In this document: positions 63,101 to 64,000 of the stretch, in pieces
Numbering within the stretch: position 1 is the stretch's first letter
Layout: the number at the start of each line of letters is the position of its first letter
Origin: Monocercomonoides exilis PA203
Lineage: Eukaryota > Protista > Preaxostyla
Direction of reading: 5' to 3'
Length of the DNA stretch: 64,000 nt
Assembly (NCBI GenBank): GCA_001643675.2
Contig: LSRY02000002.1
Coordinates: 1,054,001 to 1,118,000 of the forward strand
The notes under the pieces: model-generated
Told to the model about the DNA's origin: nothing
Databases searched by the model: none
The model's input: the letters and a program-made list of their open reading frames with translations, nothing else
Program-made: the position numbers and the translations under genes

Positions 63101-63948
63101 TTACTCCTTTCTTCGCTCTCTTTCTCCTTCTCTTCCTTTAACTCTTTCAGCTCGTTTAATTCCTTCGTCATTTTCTTTTCTTTTCTTTCGCTTTCGAGTT
63201 TTGTGTCTTCAATCATTTTCTCTTTCGTCTTCATCATTTTTTCTATCTTTTCGAGTTGGATTTTTAGCTCTTCGATTTCTGCTTCTTTTTCTCTAACTTT
63301 CTCATTTTGCTCACGAATAAGTTCGTTTTTTTCCTTTTCGTGGTTTTGAACTGCGTCCTCCAATTTATTTGATATTTCCTGTATTTTTCTGTCTTTCTCT
63401 TTTTCTTGACAAATTTGTTCGTTCATTCTTTCTTCCAGTTTCTTTACGGTCTCTTCCATTGCTTTGGTCTGTTCTTTCGCCATTTCCAATTCCTTCTTTT
63501 GATTCTCTTTTTCTTTCGATTTCTCATTGTCTTGTTGATTTGTTGACGCTTTCTGACTACATATGTTTACGAGTTCAAAAATACCTTCTTTATTTTGTAT
63601 TTTTTCTCCAACCGGTGATGCATATGGAGGTGTTGAGAAAGTGGATTTTGATGATAAAAGCATTGATTCTTCGGGTAGTGGAGGTGTCTCTGCTGGAGAA
63701 TTTGTTTCTGGGAAGTGATTGCCTTCTTCTATTTCCGTTGGAGTAAGAATATTTTCGCTTATCTCTTTTTCATTGGTAGATCCTTCGTTCTGTGTAATAA
63801 ATTCGCTTTTCGTTCTTGAAATTTGTTGTAGCTTTTCCATTTCCGACAGTATAAGTTTGTTTTCGCGCTCAAGTTCCAAACTGCGATCCCTAAGACCAAT
63901 AACTTCACTTAATGCATGAGTTCTATCGGTCTGCAATTGCGATATAAC
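60190..63948 (-). CDS. Last exon of a large Glu/Lys-rich coiled-coil protein with Ser-rich tracts
   Basis: About 1250 open codons; begins in frame after a poly-T tract and AG acceptor at 63950-63949; the gene continues beyond the window. Confidence 0.85.
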   Translation of the reverse strand, partial: VISQLQTDRTHALSEVIGLRDRSLELERENKLILSEMEKLQQISRTKSEFITQNEGSTNEKEISENILTPTEIEEGNHFPETNSPAETPPLPEESMLLSSKSTFSTPPYASPVGEKIQNKEGIFELVNICSQKASTNQQDNEKSKEKENQKKELEMAKEQTKAMEETVKKLEERMNEQICQEKEKDRKIQEISNKLEDAVQNHEKEKNELIREQNEKVREKEAEIEELKIQLEKIEKMMKTKEKMIEDTKLESERKEKKMTKELNELKELKEEKEKESEERSKSEASARKTKEDVEAELKKQNEANAILRGMLRKQEEEAKRIEEELEQLGRVMKEREKLEKERERKAEEDEVAAKQMEREREEMLQEMERMRKEKEKEKEKEKEREKEREKAKMTEEEERKKEEKKMKEQKAKRITNEQAMLRKMRGILEMLKHLAEQQGWIFKRKDVLSEAKNANEETIKEKDEQKMIGKGKREEGENNKEEEEKTIEHKTGKKEEKEEEELLDEEDDEYEQQKEMDVVMEQIRDCIKKMKEKREKEMEKIRMIEKEEEKQKEKEESERNVGKKKEEAAANNEMIREEERRKEKEKETAEREKMRNEMSQIAEALVETENELKSVEGENQRLRIMLHLMEEEKEKEKEKEKEKMRKSRKYEEEEEEERKGNFEGTKERREKKEQNAKGKEDKILSKTNRTDDSTSSATTQKSQASSSFPSKSLINDVSSSSVLSSSSSSLSSSPSSSLSHLSLLTPYSVKPLRSFFSSSPSHSSPSPTIRHKHTEDENHHILYLPNASHEMSSSASSSAPSASSSSSSSSHLPSSSSSSSLTSSSKKTSSSEHSLPTKHLQPYSLSSAKADISQSSFPSSISSSSLPLSSSSSSSPSPSTQDVLDLLWRLQEEMKEHSERTDDLLRMISDEKEEVGWKEENNTFEEKEMKRKEKEGKKQIDGYDTKMKMNRRKEGEEGEEGEEEKNKDWKANENEIERKTWKNNEIDKREATNTKNKPKNQKEVLFNGRIKDANLKEEKVFEEEKREKCRFCTGMKEMLDEKQEMIEEMQKMIGKMGKLADNVERKSRGKEEEEEEENGEEEEKEEKEKEDDERSDNKRGKEERRTKEMKEENSKGIEDKPIEKRNNASVLKGKQSFNSTTRKHPIFKQKSELASSSSSNAVSSSSSSTEESSNKHSSPHSTQNKTSSSTPRSVQSSSDRFLSCSASKHLTPLPQLIHSLTDAINKAAEERNEILAALSGSHSVSKTRFA

Positions 63949-64000
63949 CTATTTTTAAAAAAAAAAAAAAATCACCGAACAAAATGCATTAACAAATATA
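63949..64000 (-). other. 3' end of a spliceosomal intron
   Basis: Minus strand TTTTTTTTTTTTTTTAAAAATAG|GTTATATCG. Confidence 0.7.

Noticed and set aside
60524-63349. Long plus-strand Phe/Ser/Leu-rich ORFs
   Set aside because: Antisense shadows of the Glu/Lys-rich minus-strand exon

Overview
AT-rich eukaryotic (protist) DNA. The Ser/Glu low-complexity genes, the Cys-rich beta-helix gene family and the DIRS elements resemble oxymonads such as Monocercomonoides, but that assignment is inference only. Positions ~1-56.6 kb are a transposon graveyard. It holds three decayed DIRS-type retrotransposons (RT, RNase H, methyltransferase-like domain, tyrosine recombinase), one Tc1/IS630 DD34E transposase, three pogo/Tigger relics plus an N-terminal fragment, a Merlin relic, at least three Sola2-like transposase relics, and about 17 MITEs of three families (239-270 bp, 4-bp TSDs). 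Only the last ~7 kb carries intact host coding sequence: a UFD1-domain zinc-finger/UIM gene and the last exon of a large coiled-coil gene. The standout is a 12.2-kb palindromic unit (37381-49537). Its two 3704-bp, almost identical inverted arms begin with a MITE-A/Sola-type terminus, are flanked by ATAT and consist of a captured host beta-helix pseudogene. Its spacer holds one minus-strand reading frame, broken by stops, that fuses a ubiquitin-specific protease domain to a Sola2-like DDD transposase and a probable PHD finger. An older inverted duplication bracketed by 90-bp mini-elements lies at 20.5-28 kb. All calls come from motif reading by eye, and pseudogene boundaries are approximate.
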